Assembly: GCA_039815185.1 (NCBI GenBank)
Contig: JBCBZT010000041.1
Coordinates: 1-64,000 of the forward strand
From: Cyanobacteria bacterium P01_A01_bin.123
Lineage (GTDB): Bacteria; Cyanobacteriota; Cyanobacteriia; Phormidesmidales; Phormidesmidaceae
Length of the DNA stretch: 64,000 bases
Direction: 5' to 3'
The position numbers and the translations under genes are program-made. Below are positions 39,945 through 50,017 of this stretch, piece by piece. The notes beneath the pieces are model-generated. The model did not search any database and was not told where the DNA came from. It was given only the letters and a program-made list of their open reading frames with translations. The number at the start of each line of letters is the position of its first letter. Position 1 is the first letter of the stretch.

Positions 39945-40472
39945 TTAGGGGGTCATCGGTTTAGGCCAGAGATAAATTACCCCAGAGACCCAAGTGAGCA
40001 CCACGGCAAACCAAAACAAACCCTGGCTGGGCAGATACCAAACATTAGGCAACGGGGCGATTAACAGGGCGATCGCGGCAATTTGCACCACGGTTTTGGC
40101 TTTGCCCCAAAGGTTTGCCCCCTGAATCCCCGATGTTGCCTGCATCGCCGGGTTAACTCGCCATCCCGCGATCGCCAGTTCGCGAACCAAAATAAAAAAC
40201 ACCCCCCAAGCCGGAATAACCCCGAGTTCCACCAACCCCAACAGGGGGGCAAATACCAATAGCTTGTCTACTAACGGATCCAGAAATTTGCCGAGATCCG
40301 TGACTTGGTTAAGCCGTCGCGCCAGATAGCCATCTAGCCAGTCCGTCCCTGCCGCAACTAGAAAAACTCCCAGGGCAATCCATCGATGGGGCACGCTGGG
40401 GGTAGCTAGGAGATAAAGCACAATCGGTGCCCCCAGCAATCGCGAAACGGTGATCCAGGTAGGCAAATTCAT
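39945..40472 (-). CDS. pgsA: CDP-diacylglycerol--glycerol-3-phosphate 3-phosphatidyltransferase
   Basis: MNLPTWITVSR; DWLDGYLAR..G.FLDPLVDK. Confidence 0.93.
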   Translation of the reverse strand: MNLPTWITVSRLLGAPIVLYLLATPSVPHRWIALGVFLVAAGTDWLDGYLARRLNQVTDLGKFLDPLVDKLLVFAPLLGLVELGVIPAWGVFFILVRELAIAGWRVNPAMQATSGIQGANLWGKAKTVVQIAAIALLIAPLPNVWYLPSQGLFWFAVVLTWVSGVIYLWPKPMTP

Positions 40473-41374
40473 TGATTGGCCCCATAGGTAATAGTGGGTT
40501 CTTTATAGTTTTGAGGTTCGACGTGGATGGTAATGCGAGCAGGGCCATAAGCCCGCTCTAAGGAGGCTTCAACGGTTTCTGTAATGTCGTGGGCCGATTC
40601 TACATCTTTGGGTTCAACGATTAGGTGCATGTCGATAAACACCTGCCGCCCCAGCAATCCCCGTGAGGCAATGTTGTGGCAGTTGATCACCCCAGGTACC
40701 TGCATGACTACGGTGTGAATGGCTTCGGGGGCGATCGCCATTTCATCCACCAGCCAGGGTAAGTTAGCTGACAACACCACCCAACCGCTACGAATCACCA
40801 ACACTGCCACCGGAAACGCTAGCACTACATCGAGCCACTGAACACCACGCCACACCCCGATTAAGCCACCCAGCACGACAATCGTGATCCAGATGTCGCT
40901 CATGGTGTGTTGGGCATCGGCAATCAAAATATTGTTGCGCAGCCGCAGTCCCACCCCCCGCTCATAGAAGGCAACAAAGAGATTTATCCCCAAAACGATC
41001 AGCATGAACCACAACGCGATCGCGCTCATTTCCACCGGCTCACCGCCAAAGATCAGCCGCTCTACGGCCCCTTTGAGAATTTCAAAGCAGGCAATGCCCA
41101 AAAATGCGGCAATTCCTAGTGCTCCCACCGCCTCAAACTTCTGATGCCCATAGGGATGATCGCGATCAGGTTGGGGAGAGGCCAACTGATTGGTCACCAG
41201 GCCCAACACGTTATTAGCACTGTCAGTCACGCTATGCAGGGCATCGGCCATCAGGCTGAGGGAGCCCGTCCACCAGCCCACCCAGCCTTTGAGCAATACC
41301 ACCGTCAAATTGAGCAGCAGCGTAATCACCAGCACTCGCCGCACCGCACCCCGGTGATCGACAATTGCAGCCAT
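40469..41374 (-). CDS. Cation diffusion facilitator family transporter
   Basis: ADALHSVTD, HPYGHQKFE, ADAQHTMSD. Confidence 0.92.
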   Translation of the reverse strand: MAAIVDHRGAVRRVLVITLLLNLTVVLLKGWVGWWTGSLSLMADALHSVTDSANNVLGLVTNQLASPQPDRDHPYGHQKFEAVGALGIAAFLGIACFEILKGAVERLIFGGEPVEMSAIALWFMLIVLGINLFVAFYERGVGLRLRNNILIADAQHTMSDIWITIVVLGGLIGVWRGVQWLDVVLAFPVAVLVIRSGWVVLSANLPWLVDEMAIAPEAIHTVVMQVPGVINCHNIASRGLLGRQVFIDMHLIVEPKDVESAHDITETVEASLERAYGPARITIHVEPQNYKEPTITYGANQ

Positions 41375-41973
41375 ATCCTGAATCACAGCTCTACATCCCC
41401 CGCAACATCCCTCTAGGGGCATTGTAGAAAACCCATGACCAGTGGGCGGGAATTGTTACGGATTGAACTGATTGCGATCACAGATAGTCATCTACGAACT
41501 GCACTGCTGATTTGGCTATACGCGGCGCTATCATTGCCTCTGACTAGGTCTCAGCACTTACACTCTAATTTATCTACCGCCAGAGTCATTGAAGCGCGTT
41601 AGAGAGGAAAGCAGCAAGCAAGATGGGTTTGGTCTGAGCATAAGTCTGATAAAGCATCGGTTTAGCTTCGTTGTCGCATGAGCCAAGGTACGCTCAAAAT
41701 TTTACCCAGGCTCTTGCATCTCTCCATCTAAGCATTCGAGCGCTCAATCACCCATCTGGCTTTGACGACTACAAATCCCGACTTACCTTGAGCTTGTTTT
41801 TCAGTTTTGGAGGGTTTGGCTGAGCGTTCAATGCAAATCTTGTGGTTCATGCCAGGATAAATCACACTCAACGCGGCCCATCAGCCCCAATTCAGATACG
41901 TGGAATAGCTGAGTTAACCGTCTCAAACCACGGGCATTCTAAAGCTAGTTCCCTTTAAAGACTTCTATATTTG

Positions 41974-43725
41974 ATGGCTAGAGCACCTGACATCCAGCTA
42001 GATTTCCAGCTGACTGAAACGCATAAGCCGCGCCAACAGGTTAGCCCCACAGGGCTGCTAATCCAACCGAAGATTATGCTGGGCTACCTTTTAGCTGTAG
42101 GCATCGCAGTTGGCGGAGTGATGACTGGTGTCTATGTCAGCAATGCCCAGCAAGACTATGCCCAGCTTTTAATCGAAGATGTAGAGGAGGAATTAGAACT
42201 ACCCACTCAGATTCAAGAGCAATTGCTGATTGCTGAGGCTAATCAACGACTGCTGCCCTCATTACTCAACGATCCAGAAGCCTTACAGGACTACGTAGAA
42301 CGCTTTGAAACAGCAATTGTCAATGCTAGACAAGCTTGGGATGCCCTCAAAGACTCCTATGAGGAATCCGCAGCAGAAATTGTGGAAACAGATGAAGAAC
42401 TCGAAGCTCTAGAAAGTCTAGTTAAAAAATATGATCCTTTGCTAGAGCATTATCATCGTCGGGTCAGTAAACTGGTCACACAGATAGACCTCGCCCAAGC
42501 CTCTACCCAAGCGCAAGAAGCGTTTCAGGCAGATTTATTAGCAGTTAATAGTAACGCGCTTCGCAAATCCATCGATGGATTTGAAGCAGAACTCAACCAT
42601 CTTCTTGAGGTCGTCTCAGAGGAAACGATTGAAGCCGAGACTGCCTTAGCCCGGGCTAATCAGCTCAGAGAGTGGATAACGCTGGGTAGCCTGACAGCCG
42701 CAGTTCTACTCTCGATCGGGTTAGGTTTTTTGATCAGTCGCACTATTACCCAACCCCTCAAAAATTCGGCCAAAGTTGCCCAGCAAGTGATTGACGACGC
42801 TAACTTTGACCTCCAGGCTCCAGTCACGTCACAAGATGAGGTCGGACAACTCACCCAGGTTCTCAATCTGTTGATTCAGCACGTTAAAACACTGCTAGAA
42901 GAACAGGAAGCGTCTAAAAGCCTGCTGGTACACAATGAAAAAATGTCTAGCTTGGGGCAGCTTGTCGCTGGGGTTGCCCACGAAATCAACAATCCCGTGA
43001 ACTTTATCCACGGCAATTTGAGCCATATTCAGACTTACACCGACGATTTACTGGATCTCATCCAGCACTATCAGCAAGAATATCCCCAGCCGTCACAGAC
43101 GCTCCAGAATACAATCGAGGCAGTAGAGCTAGAGTTTCTGCAAGAAGACTTAGAAAAAATTCTGGCCTCAATGAAGGTGGGGAGCGATCGCATTCGAGAC
43201 ATTGTGCTATCGCTACGCAATTTTTCTCGCCTAGATGAAGCTAGCTTCAAAGCAGTCAATCTGCACGACGGCATTGAAAGCACCCTGATGATTTTGCAGC
43301 ATCGGATCAAGGCTCGCCCCAACTCTCCCGAAATCAAGATTGACAAGCAATATGGTGACACTCTCCCCCGAGTAGAGTGCTATGCCAGCCAGCTCAATCA
43401 GGTCTTCATGAATCTGATCGCCAATGCGATTGATGCCTTGGAAGATCACAGTCCTGAAAATCCAACAGTCACAATCCGCACGGGCACAGTCAGCCCAGAG
43501 CAGGTATTTGTGCAAATCTCCGATAATGGGCCTGGGATACCCACTGCGGTTCAGTCTCAGATATTCGATCCCTTCTTCACCACCAAGCCTGTGGGTAAGG
43601 GAACCGGAATTGGACTTTCCATCAGTCATCAAATTGTCGTTGAAAAGCACAGCGGTCAGATGACCTGCAAATCTGGTGGGGGTGAAGGGACAACCTTCAC
43701 CATTACCCTGCCCGTGCAGCATTAA
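41974..43725 (+). CDS. HAMP sensor histidine kinase with four-helix periplasmic domain
   Basis: EKMSSLGQLVAGVAHEINNP, QVFMNL, DNGPGI, PFFTTK. Confidence 0.92.
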   Translation: MARAPDIQLDFQLTETHKPRQQVSPTGLLIQPKIMLGYLLAVGIAVGGVMTGVYVSNAQQDYAQLLIEDVEEELELPTQIQEQLLIAEANQRLLPSLLNDPEALQDYVERFETAIVNARQAWDALKDSYEESAAEIVETDEELEALESLVKKYDPLLEHYHRRVSKLVTQIDLAQASTQAQEAFQADLLAVNSNALRKSIDGFEAELNHLLEVVSEETIEAETALARANQLREWITLGSLTAAVLLSIGLGFLISRTITQPLKNSAKVAQQVIDDANFDLQAPVTSQDEVGQLTQVLNLLIQHVKTLLEEQEASKSLLVHNEKMSSLGQLVAGVAHEINNPVNFIHGNLSHIQTYTDDLLDLIQHYQQEYPQPSQTLQNTIEAVELEFLQEDLEKILASMKVGSDRIRDIVLSLRNFSRLDEASFKAVNLHDGIESTLMILQHRIKARPNSPEIKIDKQYGDTLPRVECYASQLNQVFMNLIANAIDALEDHSPENPTVTIRTGTVSPEQVFVQISDNGPGIPTAVQSQIFDPFFTTKPVGKGTGIGLSISHQIVVEKHSGQMTCKSGGGEGTTFTITLPVQH

Positions 43726-43932
43726 TGCACCCTCACCCCACTGAAAACGCCAATAGCGTTTGCCATGGGACGGATATGGGAAGACTCCCAAGCCAAAACC
43801 AGAGCGGTTAATGAAGGTCTATCCGCGGTTCGTGACCTGGCTGTTCAATGATCTTTTAGCCGTTGGTAATCGCTAAATGCGTCCAGAACAGTAGCATAGA
43901 AAGTAGCGAGATTGCATTTCTGGGGTGACCCG

Positions 43933-44532
43933 ATGGGTGCTGTGAAGCATTGGAGACGAAGCGCGGTATTGGGTGGGTTGTTGTTACTTTTGTCAGGTTG
44001 TGGTTCATCCACAATTGCACCTGAGGAGTCAACTGAACCAACGCCCCTTTCAACGCCAACCGCGATCGCGTCGAGTTCTAAGGATTCTGCTCAAGATAGC
44101 CCCAATGACTCGCGGGCAGCGTTGCAAACTGAGAGTCCAACAACAACCCCTCCGATAAATGAAAACACCAACTCCACTGGCACAGTTCCAGTGGTCATTT
44201 ATCGCGTCAACAGCACCTGTAACGATTTTGTGGCAGAACCAGCACGGGTTGATGCTGACCAGGCCCTGCAAGGGGCCGTCAGACAAATCCTTTCGGATCA
44301 GATGCAAGCGGAATTTGGTCTGGCCGGGTTTCGCGTTAGTGTCGATGCCGATACCCAGATTGCCACGGTAGATTTTCGTCTCTCCCCGGATTCACTCCGT
44401 CAATTCGTCTCGTTGTCAACCTGTGAGCAGATGGCATTATTTGGTAGCCTGCGCCAAACGCTACTGCAAAATTCCCAGTGGCAGGTGGAGGAGGTTGAAT
44501 TTACTGAACGAGGCGAGGCAATTGCTTTGTAG
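43933..44532 (+). CDS. GerMN-domain lipoprotein
   Basis: Lipobox LLSGC; ATVDF..SLSTCEQMALFGSLRQTL..VEF. Confidence 0.75.
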   Translation: MGAVKHWRRSAVLGGLLLLLSGCGSSTIAPEESTEPTPLSTPTAIASSSKDSAQDSPNDSRAALQTESPTTTPPINENTNSTGTVPVVIYRVNSTCNDFVAEPARVDADQALQGAVRQILSDQMQAEFGLAGFRVSVDADTQIATVDFRLSPDSLRQFVSLSTCEQMALFGSLRQTLLQNSQWQVEEVEFTERGEAIAL

Positions 44533-44694
44533 CGCAAATATTAATAGACACGAACGTTTCGCCATGGTTATTAAATTAGCTTGGTAGGATCAGTGACAAT
44601 CACGGCAGATTTGGATGCTCGTGTAGCGGTTGGCATACTCAAGTGCCCTGTTGTGCTGACTAATGGCTCTATCGTAAATGGTTGGTTAATCTGC

Positions 44695-44817
44695 ATGGAT
44701 ATTAAAATCATTCTGATCGTTCTTTCCGCCGTCTTCACAGTTGCCTGCTTGTTTTTTGGCACCCGCAATGGCTTCTACGATAGCGATAACTATCACGGCA
44801 ACGGGTCTGCCCATTAA
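44695..44817 (+). CDS. ndhP: NDH-1 complex subunit NdhP (40 aa)
   Basis: MDIKIILIVLSAVFTVACLFFGTRNGFYDSDNYHGNGSAH matches the NdhP C-terminal signature. Confidence 0.92.
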   Translation: MDIKIILIVLSAVFTVACLFFGTRNGFYDSDNYHGNGSAH

Positions 44818-44854
44818 AATATTTTTCTAACTGTTAGCGGTTGAATCAAGACAG

Positions 44855-46588
44855 GTGAACGAACTATCCTGCCTCCCCTATGGCACAGGTCATGGGGATG
44901 AGGGGGTTTGTCTAGAAATGCGTATAGGGCAATACCGAGTCTTACTAGACTGCGGTCTAACCGACTGGTCGTTGTCCAACTCTGAACCACGCTCCCAAGA
45001 GCCCGTGGATTTTGTCTTGTGCAGTCACGCCCATGCCGATCACGTACGCGGAATGTTGGCGTTTCATCAACGGTTTCCTCAGATTCCTGTCTACAGTAGT
45101 GAGGTCACTGCCCAGCTTTTGCCACTCAACTGGCTAGGGCAAACCGATGCGGCAGATGCATCCTTTTGTCAGGGATTACCGTGGCGCTCGCAGATTGCCT
45201 TAGCCGACGACTTGAGCGTTCAATTGTGGCCTGCGGGACATCTACCCGGTGCAGCTTGCTTTTTGCTGCGTTATCAAACCCCGGAGCGGACTTATCAAGT
45301 GTTCTACACGGGGGATTTCTTTTTGTCCAACTCCCGTTTAGTAGAAGGGTTACCTCTGGAAGAATTGCGGGGGCTCAACCCTGATGTTTTGCTGCTAGAG
45401 GGGAGTTATGGCACCAGTCGCTATCCCCACCGTCGACAGCAAGAAAATCAGTTGGCCGAACGAATCAACCAAGCTCTAGCGGCCCAAACCAGCGTTATTT
45501 TGCCCACCCCGGCCCTGGGGTTGGGACAAGAGTTGCTGATGTTTTTGCGGAGCCACCACCACTTTACTGGGCGCAAAATCGATATTTGGGTGGACGAAAC
45601 GGTTGCAGCTGGCTGCGATGCCTATCTGGAATTGCTGCCCTACTTCCCCAGCAGCGTGCAGAATTTTGCCCGCCATCAACCCCTGTTTTGGGATGAACGG
45701 GTGCTGCCACGAGTCAAACGGTTACCCCCTGAAGGGCTGGCAGATGTAGGCTCCCCAGCGATTGTCATTGTCCACCGCTCTCCCCAATTAATGCAGTGGT
45801 TGGCAGCCAGTTCGCTCGACTGGGTGGCTTTTTTGCCGGATATTGGCGAGCGGCGAGCGGCCCCTGATCAAAAAGATAAAGGCGTAGAGGATAAAGCAGG
45901 CGCAGGGGATGACGGGGGCGATGATCGCGTGGCGTTATCGCCTACAACCGTTTGGCAGCAGCTCAAGCAACAACTCCAGCATCAAACCGTAGCCATTGAA
46001 CCCTATGTACTCACAACCCATTGTGATGGCGCTGGTACCACCCAGTTAATTCATAACCTGCGCCCTCAACACGTTGTCTTTATCCACGGCACCCGTTCTC
46101 GTCTGGCCGATCTAACCAACTTAGAAGAACTGCAAAGTCGCTACCAATTGCATCTGCCTGCAACGGGACATTTGGTTGAGCTGCCAATCGGGACGACTTT
46201 TTTGCAGCCTGCGGCTCCTGAACTACTTTACGAAGGTGAACTCACAGAAGCGGTAGACGGCGTCAACATTGTGCTACCCCTTGGGCTTAATCAAGCTGGG
46301 CAGTGGTCTACCTTTGGTGATACTGGGGTGATTGAAGCCCGCTGGCAGGGTTCAGAACTGGTGTTACGCGGGTTGAGCCAGGATGAACTGCTGCAACAAG
46401 GGTATCTTGCAGAAGCAGCAGAGGCAGATGTAGAGAACTGTGCTCGATGTACTTACTTGCACAACGCTCGTTGCACTAACCAAGCATCGCCGATGCTGGG
46501 CTTCAAAGTTTCGCTCAATGGCTACTGTCCTGGGTTTGCAGCCAAGGGCGATCAAGACAAGGATTCTGATTCACCAATCTCTGGTTAG
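44855..46588 (+). CDS. MBL-fold/beta-CASP-type metallohydrolase
   Basis: LLDCG, SHAHADH, AGHLPGA, YTGDF, EGSYG, HVVFIHG; Cys-rich C-terminus. Confidence 0.85.
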   Translation: MNELSCLPYGTGHGDEGVCLEMRIGQYRVLLDCGLTDWSLSNSEPRSQEPVDFVLCSHAHADHVRGMLAFHQRFPQIPVYSSEVTAQLLPLNWLGQTDAADASFCQGLPWRSQIALADDLSVQLWPAGHLPGAACFLLRYQTPERTYQVFYTGDFFLSNSRLVEGLPLEELRGLNPDVLLLEGSYGTSRYPHRRQQENQLAERINQALAAQTSVILPTPALGLGQELLMFLRSHHHFTGRKIDIWVDETVAAGCDAYLELLPYFPSSVQNFARHQPLFWDERVLPRVKRLPPEGLADVGSPAIVIVHRSPQLMQWLAASSLDWVAFLPDIGERRAAPDQKDKGVEDKAGAGDDGGDDRVALSPTTVWQQLKQQLQHQTVAIEPYVLTTHCDGAGTTQLIHNLRPQHVVFIHGTRSRLADLTNLEELQSRYQLHLPATGHLVELPIGTTFLQPAAPELLYEGELTEAVDGVNIVLPLGLNQAGQWSTFGDTGVIEARWQGSELVLRGLSQDELLQQGYLAEAAEADVENCARCTYLHNARCTNQASPMLGFKVSLNGYCPGFAAKGDQDKDSDSPISG

Positions 46589-46599
46589 TCAGTGCCCCA

Positions 46600-46911
46600 T
46601 TAATCTGAATTAGATTCGGGGTAATGATCGCGAATTTGCTCAGTTTCAGGACAATCCTCAGAAACGAGTAATTCAAAGTCACCCCGGGGTACGGTCGCTA
46701 ATTTTCGAGTGATCGCGCCAATGCTCTCTAAGCGAACGATATCTTCCCAAGATGAGGTTTCATCTTCTTCTTCGGTTTCGTAGCGCAGAGTGACCAAATC
46801 ACCTTCAATATCTAGGATGCGTGCCCGCTCAAGCCATCGCTGTTGGTCACGTAAAAAAATCCAAACCTCATGTTCATCACAGCACAGTTGATAGATCTTG
46901 CGACGTAGCAT
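46600..46911 (-). CDS. Conserved cyanobacterial protein (DUF6679-like)
   Basis: MLRRKIYQLCC..EVWIFLRDQQRWLERA..GDLVTLRYE. Confidence 0.75.
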   Translation of the reverse strand: MLRRKIYQLCCDEHEVWIFLRDQQRWLERARILDIEGDLVTLRYETEEEDETSSWEDIVRLESIGAITRKLATVPRGDFELLVSEDCPETEQIRDHYPESNSD

Positions 46912-47054
46912 GGGGTTTTTCTCCTCAGCCGGAAACATGTTCATTAAATTACTAAATATCAGGGACAAGCCCACGGTCTAAAACAGCACAGTCTAAAACA
47001 GCTTATACAAGAGAATGGATCGAGGATACCGTCTCCTTCGATGCCGATACTGAA

Positions 47055-47105
47055 TTAGCACTGGGCCTTGAATGAACAAAGCATCTGGTTTTGACAATAA
47101 CCCAA
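47055..47105 (-). CDS. Candidate Cys-rich leader peptide MGYCQNQMLCSFKAQC
   Basis: GGAGG at 47116-47120, TTG start 10 nt downstream, 16 codons, TAA. Confidence 0.4.
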   Translation of the reverse strand: MGYCQNQMLCSFKAQC

Positions 47106-47299
47106 GGTGACTTGACCTCCAAATCAATCATTATCAGAATAGTCTACCGAAAACGGTAAGATTTAACCCGCCTATCGGTCAGAATAGCCCCATTGTAGCA
47201 ATGGGGACTCCAATTGATAATGATTGTGCGTGGCACAGCATTTCCACAGGAGAATCGTCATCCGAGTCTTAACCCCGTTATGTTTACTGGTAAGGAGTC

Positions 47300-48046
47300 A
47301 TGCTTTTACACCTCAACACTTGGCCAGAAGTTGAAGCCTATCTCACCCGGTCGTCTGGCTTGATTTTGCCCATCGGGTCAACTGAGCAGCACGGCCCCAT
47401 AGGCTTGATTGGCACCGATGCAATTTGTGCCGAAGCGATCGCCAAAGGGGTAGGCGAAGCTACCCAAGCACTCGTCGGGCCAACCATTAACGTGGGTATG
47501 GCCTTACACCACACCGCTTTCCCAGGGAGTATTAGCCTACGTCCTAGCACCCTGATTCATCTCATTCAAGATTACTTAAAACCGCTGGTCAGCTATGGCT
47601 TCACTCATTTCTTCTTTATCAACGGTCATGGCGGCAATGTTCACACTCTCAGAGCCGCTTTTTCAGAAACCTATGCTGCCCTTACCGAAGCTAAACTCCC
47701 TAGGGCTGAGCAAGTGCGTTGTCGTGTGGCCAACTGGTATATGAGCCCATCGGTGTATCAACTGGCCCAATCCCTATATGGCGATCAAGAAGGGTCTCAC
47801 GCCACACCTAGTGAAATTGCCCTCACCCAGTATGTCTATCCCGACAGTATTAAGCAGGCAGTGCTAGATCCAGCTGTTGCGCCATCGGGCCACCCAATCT
47901 ACGGAGCAGCCGATTTTCGCCGCCACTATCCCGATGGTCGCATGGGGTCTAATCCTGGTTTGGCGACACCGGAGCATGGCAAACAGCTTTACGAAGCGGC
48001 GGTGAAAGACTTGAGTAAAAGCTATTTGGCTTTTGTAGAAGGCTAA
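47300..48046 (+). CDS. Creatininase family protein
   Basis: PIGSTEQHG, GTD, NGHGGN, HA...E. Confidence 0.88.
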   Translation: MLLHLNTWPEVEAYLTRSSGLILPIGSTEQHGPIGLIGTDAICAEAIAKGVGEATQALVGPTINVGMALHHTAFPGSISLRPSTLIHLIQDYLKPLVSYGFTHFFFINGHGGNVHTLRAAFSETYAALTEAKLPRAEQVRCRVANWYMSPSVYQLAQSLYGDQEGSHATPSEIALTQYVYPDSIKQAVLDPAVAPSGHPIYGAADFRRHYPDGRMGSNPGLATPEHGKQLYEAAVKDLSKSYLAFVEG

Positions 48047-48162
48047 GATTTCATCATTGATTACCATGGGTACACGTTTCACTGTCCTCAGTGGGTAACT
48101 CTGGATGAAGATCAAGCACCAAAGCAACTTCAAAGGCGGTACCCATAGGCTGATTTCCCTAC

Positions 48163-48663
48163 TCAAATCGGATCGCAGCGAATCTCCAACATAAAGCCAT
48201 CAGGATCATAAAAATAAATCCCGCGTCCGGTGGGACGGTTGACCGGGCCGTGGTCAAGGTGCACCTGATAGTGCTGCAATCGCGCTACCGCCGCGTCAAA
48301 CTGCTGGGGGGCAATATCAAACGCGAGATGGTTGGCCCGCGTAAATTGTTGGGTTGGGTCATTGTGAGGAGGACTCAGCGCCGGTTCCCAAAAGAGGTCA
48401 ATCACCGTCCCGTCAGGTAAAACGAAATTTGCCACCTTACCTTCAGCCACTAAGTCTTTGAGCGTGCTGGGGATCTCTGCTCCGGTTAGCTCATGCAACC
48501 CCAGTACAGTGCCGTAGAAATAGCGCGATGTCCCCATGTCTTTGACATTGAAGGCAATGTGGTGAACGCCACGCAACCACTGGGGCCGTAGCGCTGCAGT
48601 GGTAGTTGCACCTGTAACCGCCTGGTTGGCAACGACCTCATTGTTGACATTACGGTTCACCAT
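48163..48663 (-). CDS. VOC/glyoxalase family protein
   Basis: VHHIAFNV, NHLAF, IYFYDPDGFMLE. Confidence 0.88.
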   Translation of the reverse strand: MVNRNVNNEVVANQAVTGATTTAALRPQWLRGVHHIAFNVKDMGTSRYFYGTVLGLHELTGAEIPSTLKDLVAEGKVANFVLPDGTVIDLFWEPALSPPHNDPTQQFTRANHLAFDIAPQQFDAAVARLQHYQVHLDHGPVNRPTGRGIYFYDPDGFMLEIRCDPI

Positions 48664-48784
48664 GGTGGCCTCCCTAAGAAACTGGACGGATCATCCTGAC
48701 ATTAGCTTCACAATAATGAAGAGCGTAGCGGGCATCTCTGAACATACGCCATGGATTCATACCGTAACAGAGGGGAAATGGTCG

Positions 48785-49951
48785 ATGGGCAATAAAGCGC
48801 TACTCATTGGCGTCGATAGTCACGAACTTGATCCAGTTTTATACCCAGCCGACGACATTCAGAGACTGCACTACTTGAAGTCAATCTTATTGGCTGAAAC
48901 TGAAGCGTTTCAAGATCAAGACATTATTGTGTTGCTCAATCCAGATGTCCAGCAAATGCGTCAGGCGATCGCCACTTTTAGCCTCAACGTCACCCACAAG
49001 CAGGATTTGCGGTTACTGTACATTGCCACGGCAGGCATCATTGCCCCTCAAACCCCATTCCCCACCCTCTACCTTGCCGCCTATGGTAGTCAGCCCGACT
49101 GTCTGGGAGACAGTGCGCTATCCCTCGATTTTTTGCGGGGCACGCTCAACAGTAGCCATTCTGATCGGCAAGCCGTTTTGTTTGACTGCAGCTGGGCCAG
49201 TACTGTTACCGATGGCTTCAATGCCCAGCGGCCCAGCCCCGAACTGACTCACCTAGCCTACCTGCCCAGCGCCCATCGCGTGATCTTGAGCCATCAGCCG
49301 CGACGAGCCGCCAGCGTTGAGCTATGGGAGACTGGGGCAACTTATCTGCAGCTCTTAACCGAAGGGCTAACCACCCAAATGGCAGATCTCGATGGAGACG
49401 GGATGATCTCCACCCAAGATTTGCATGGCTATCTTGAATATGAAGCCGCAGACGTACAAGCCCCCTGGCATCCGGTCATTTATGGCGATAACCCCAACGT
49501 GAGTTTAAGCTTATTTAAGCTGCCCAGTTTTGAACCGGCCTTAGAATACCGCCGCAGTGTTGAAGAAGCAGTCACAGAGGATAATGGTCAAATTTCCACC
49601 CTCAGCCGCCAGGTCTTAGATTTTCTGCGGGATAAGCTCAGCTTGGCTGTGGATCAAACCCAAGCCATCGAAGCAGACGTTTTGCGTCCCTATCAAGAAA
49701 AACAGTACAAGCTGCAAGAATATCAAGCGGTTTTTCTAGAAGCGATTCAGATCGAGTCGCCGCCGCGACGGGCGATTCGACGCCGGTTACGTTATCTACA
49801 GCGATTTTTGAACCTCAGCGATCGCGATGTGCAACTAGCCGAGACCCAAGCTCTACGATATCCTCATCGAGAAGAAGGCCTCAATGGTAGTCGCACGACA
49901 CCCTTAAGATTAGAGGCATTCGAACCGATTCAGTCTCCAGAGAGTGCCTAA
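48785..49951 (+). CDS. Caspase-like (C14) domain protein with degenerate active site and helical repeats
   Basis: KALLIGV, LLNPD, LFDCSW, ADLDGDGMIS..DL..Y; YIATAG where YFSGHG is expected. Confidence 0.75.
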   Translation: MGNKALLIGVDSHELDPVLYPADDIQRLHYLKSILLAETEAFQDQDIIVLLNPDVQQMRQAIATFSLNVTHKQDLRLLYIATAGIIAPQTPFPTLYLAAYGSQPDCLGDSALSLDFLRGTLNSSHSDRQAVLFDCSWASTVTDGFNAQRPSPELTHLAYLPSAHRVILSHQPRRAASVELWETGATYLQLLTEGLTTQMADLDGDGMISTQDLHGYLEYEAADVQAPWHPVIYGDNPNVSLSLFKLPSFEPALEYRRSVEEAVTEDNGQISTLSRQVLDFLRDKLSLAVDQTQAIEADVLRPYQEKQYKLQEYQAVFLEAIQIESPPRRAIRRRLRYLQRFLNLSDRDVQLAETQALRYPHREEGLNGSRTTPLRLEAFEPIQSPESA

Positions 49952-50017
49952 TCAGAAGAATTCTGACCGGCTGGGTTCGAAGTTCACTTTTTTGGCTATC
50001 CTTATCAGCACGATGAA

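Noticed and set aside
41423..41970. Long intergenic region with GAGCGCTCAA-like words as an ncRNA or operator array
   Set aside because: Matches are few, degenerate and irregularly spaced; no recognisable RNA family
44581..44694. N-terminal extension of ndhP given by the ORF track
   Set aside because: NdhP is about 40 aa, and the ATG at 44695 gives that length
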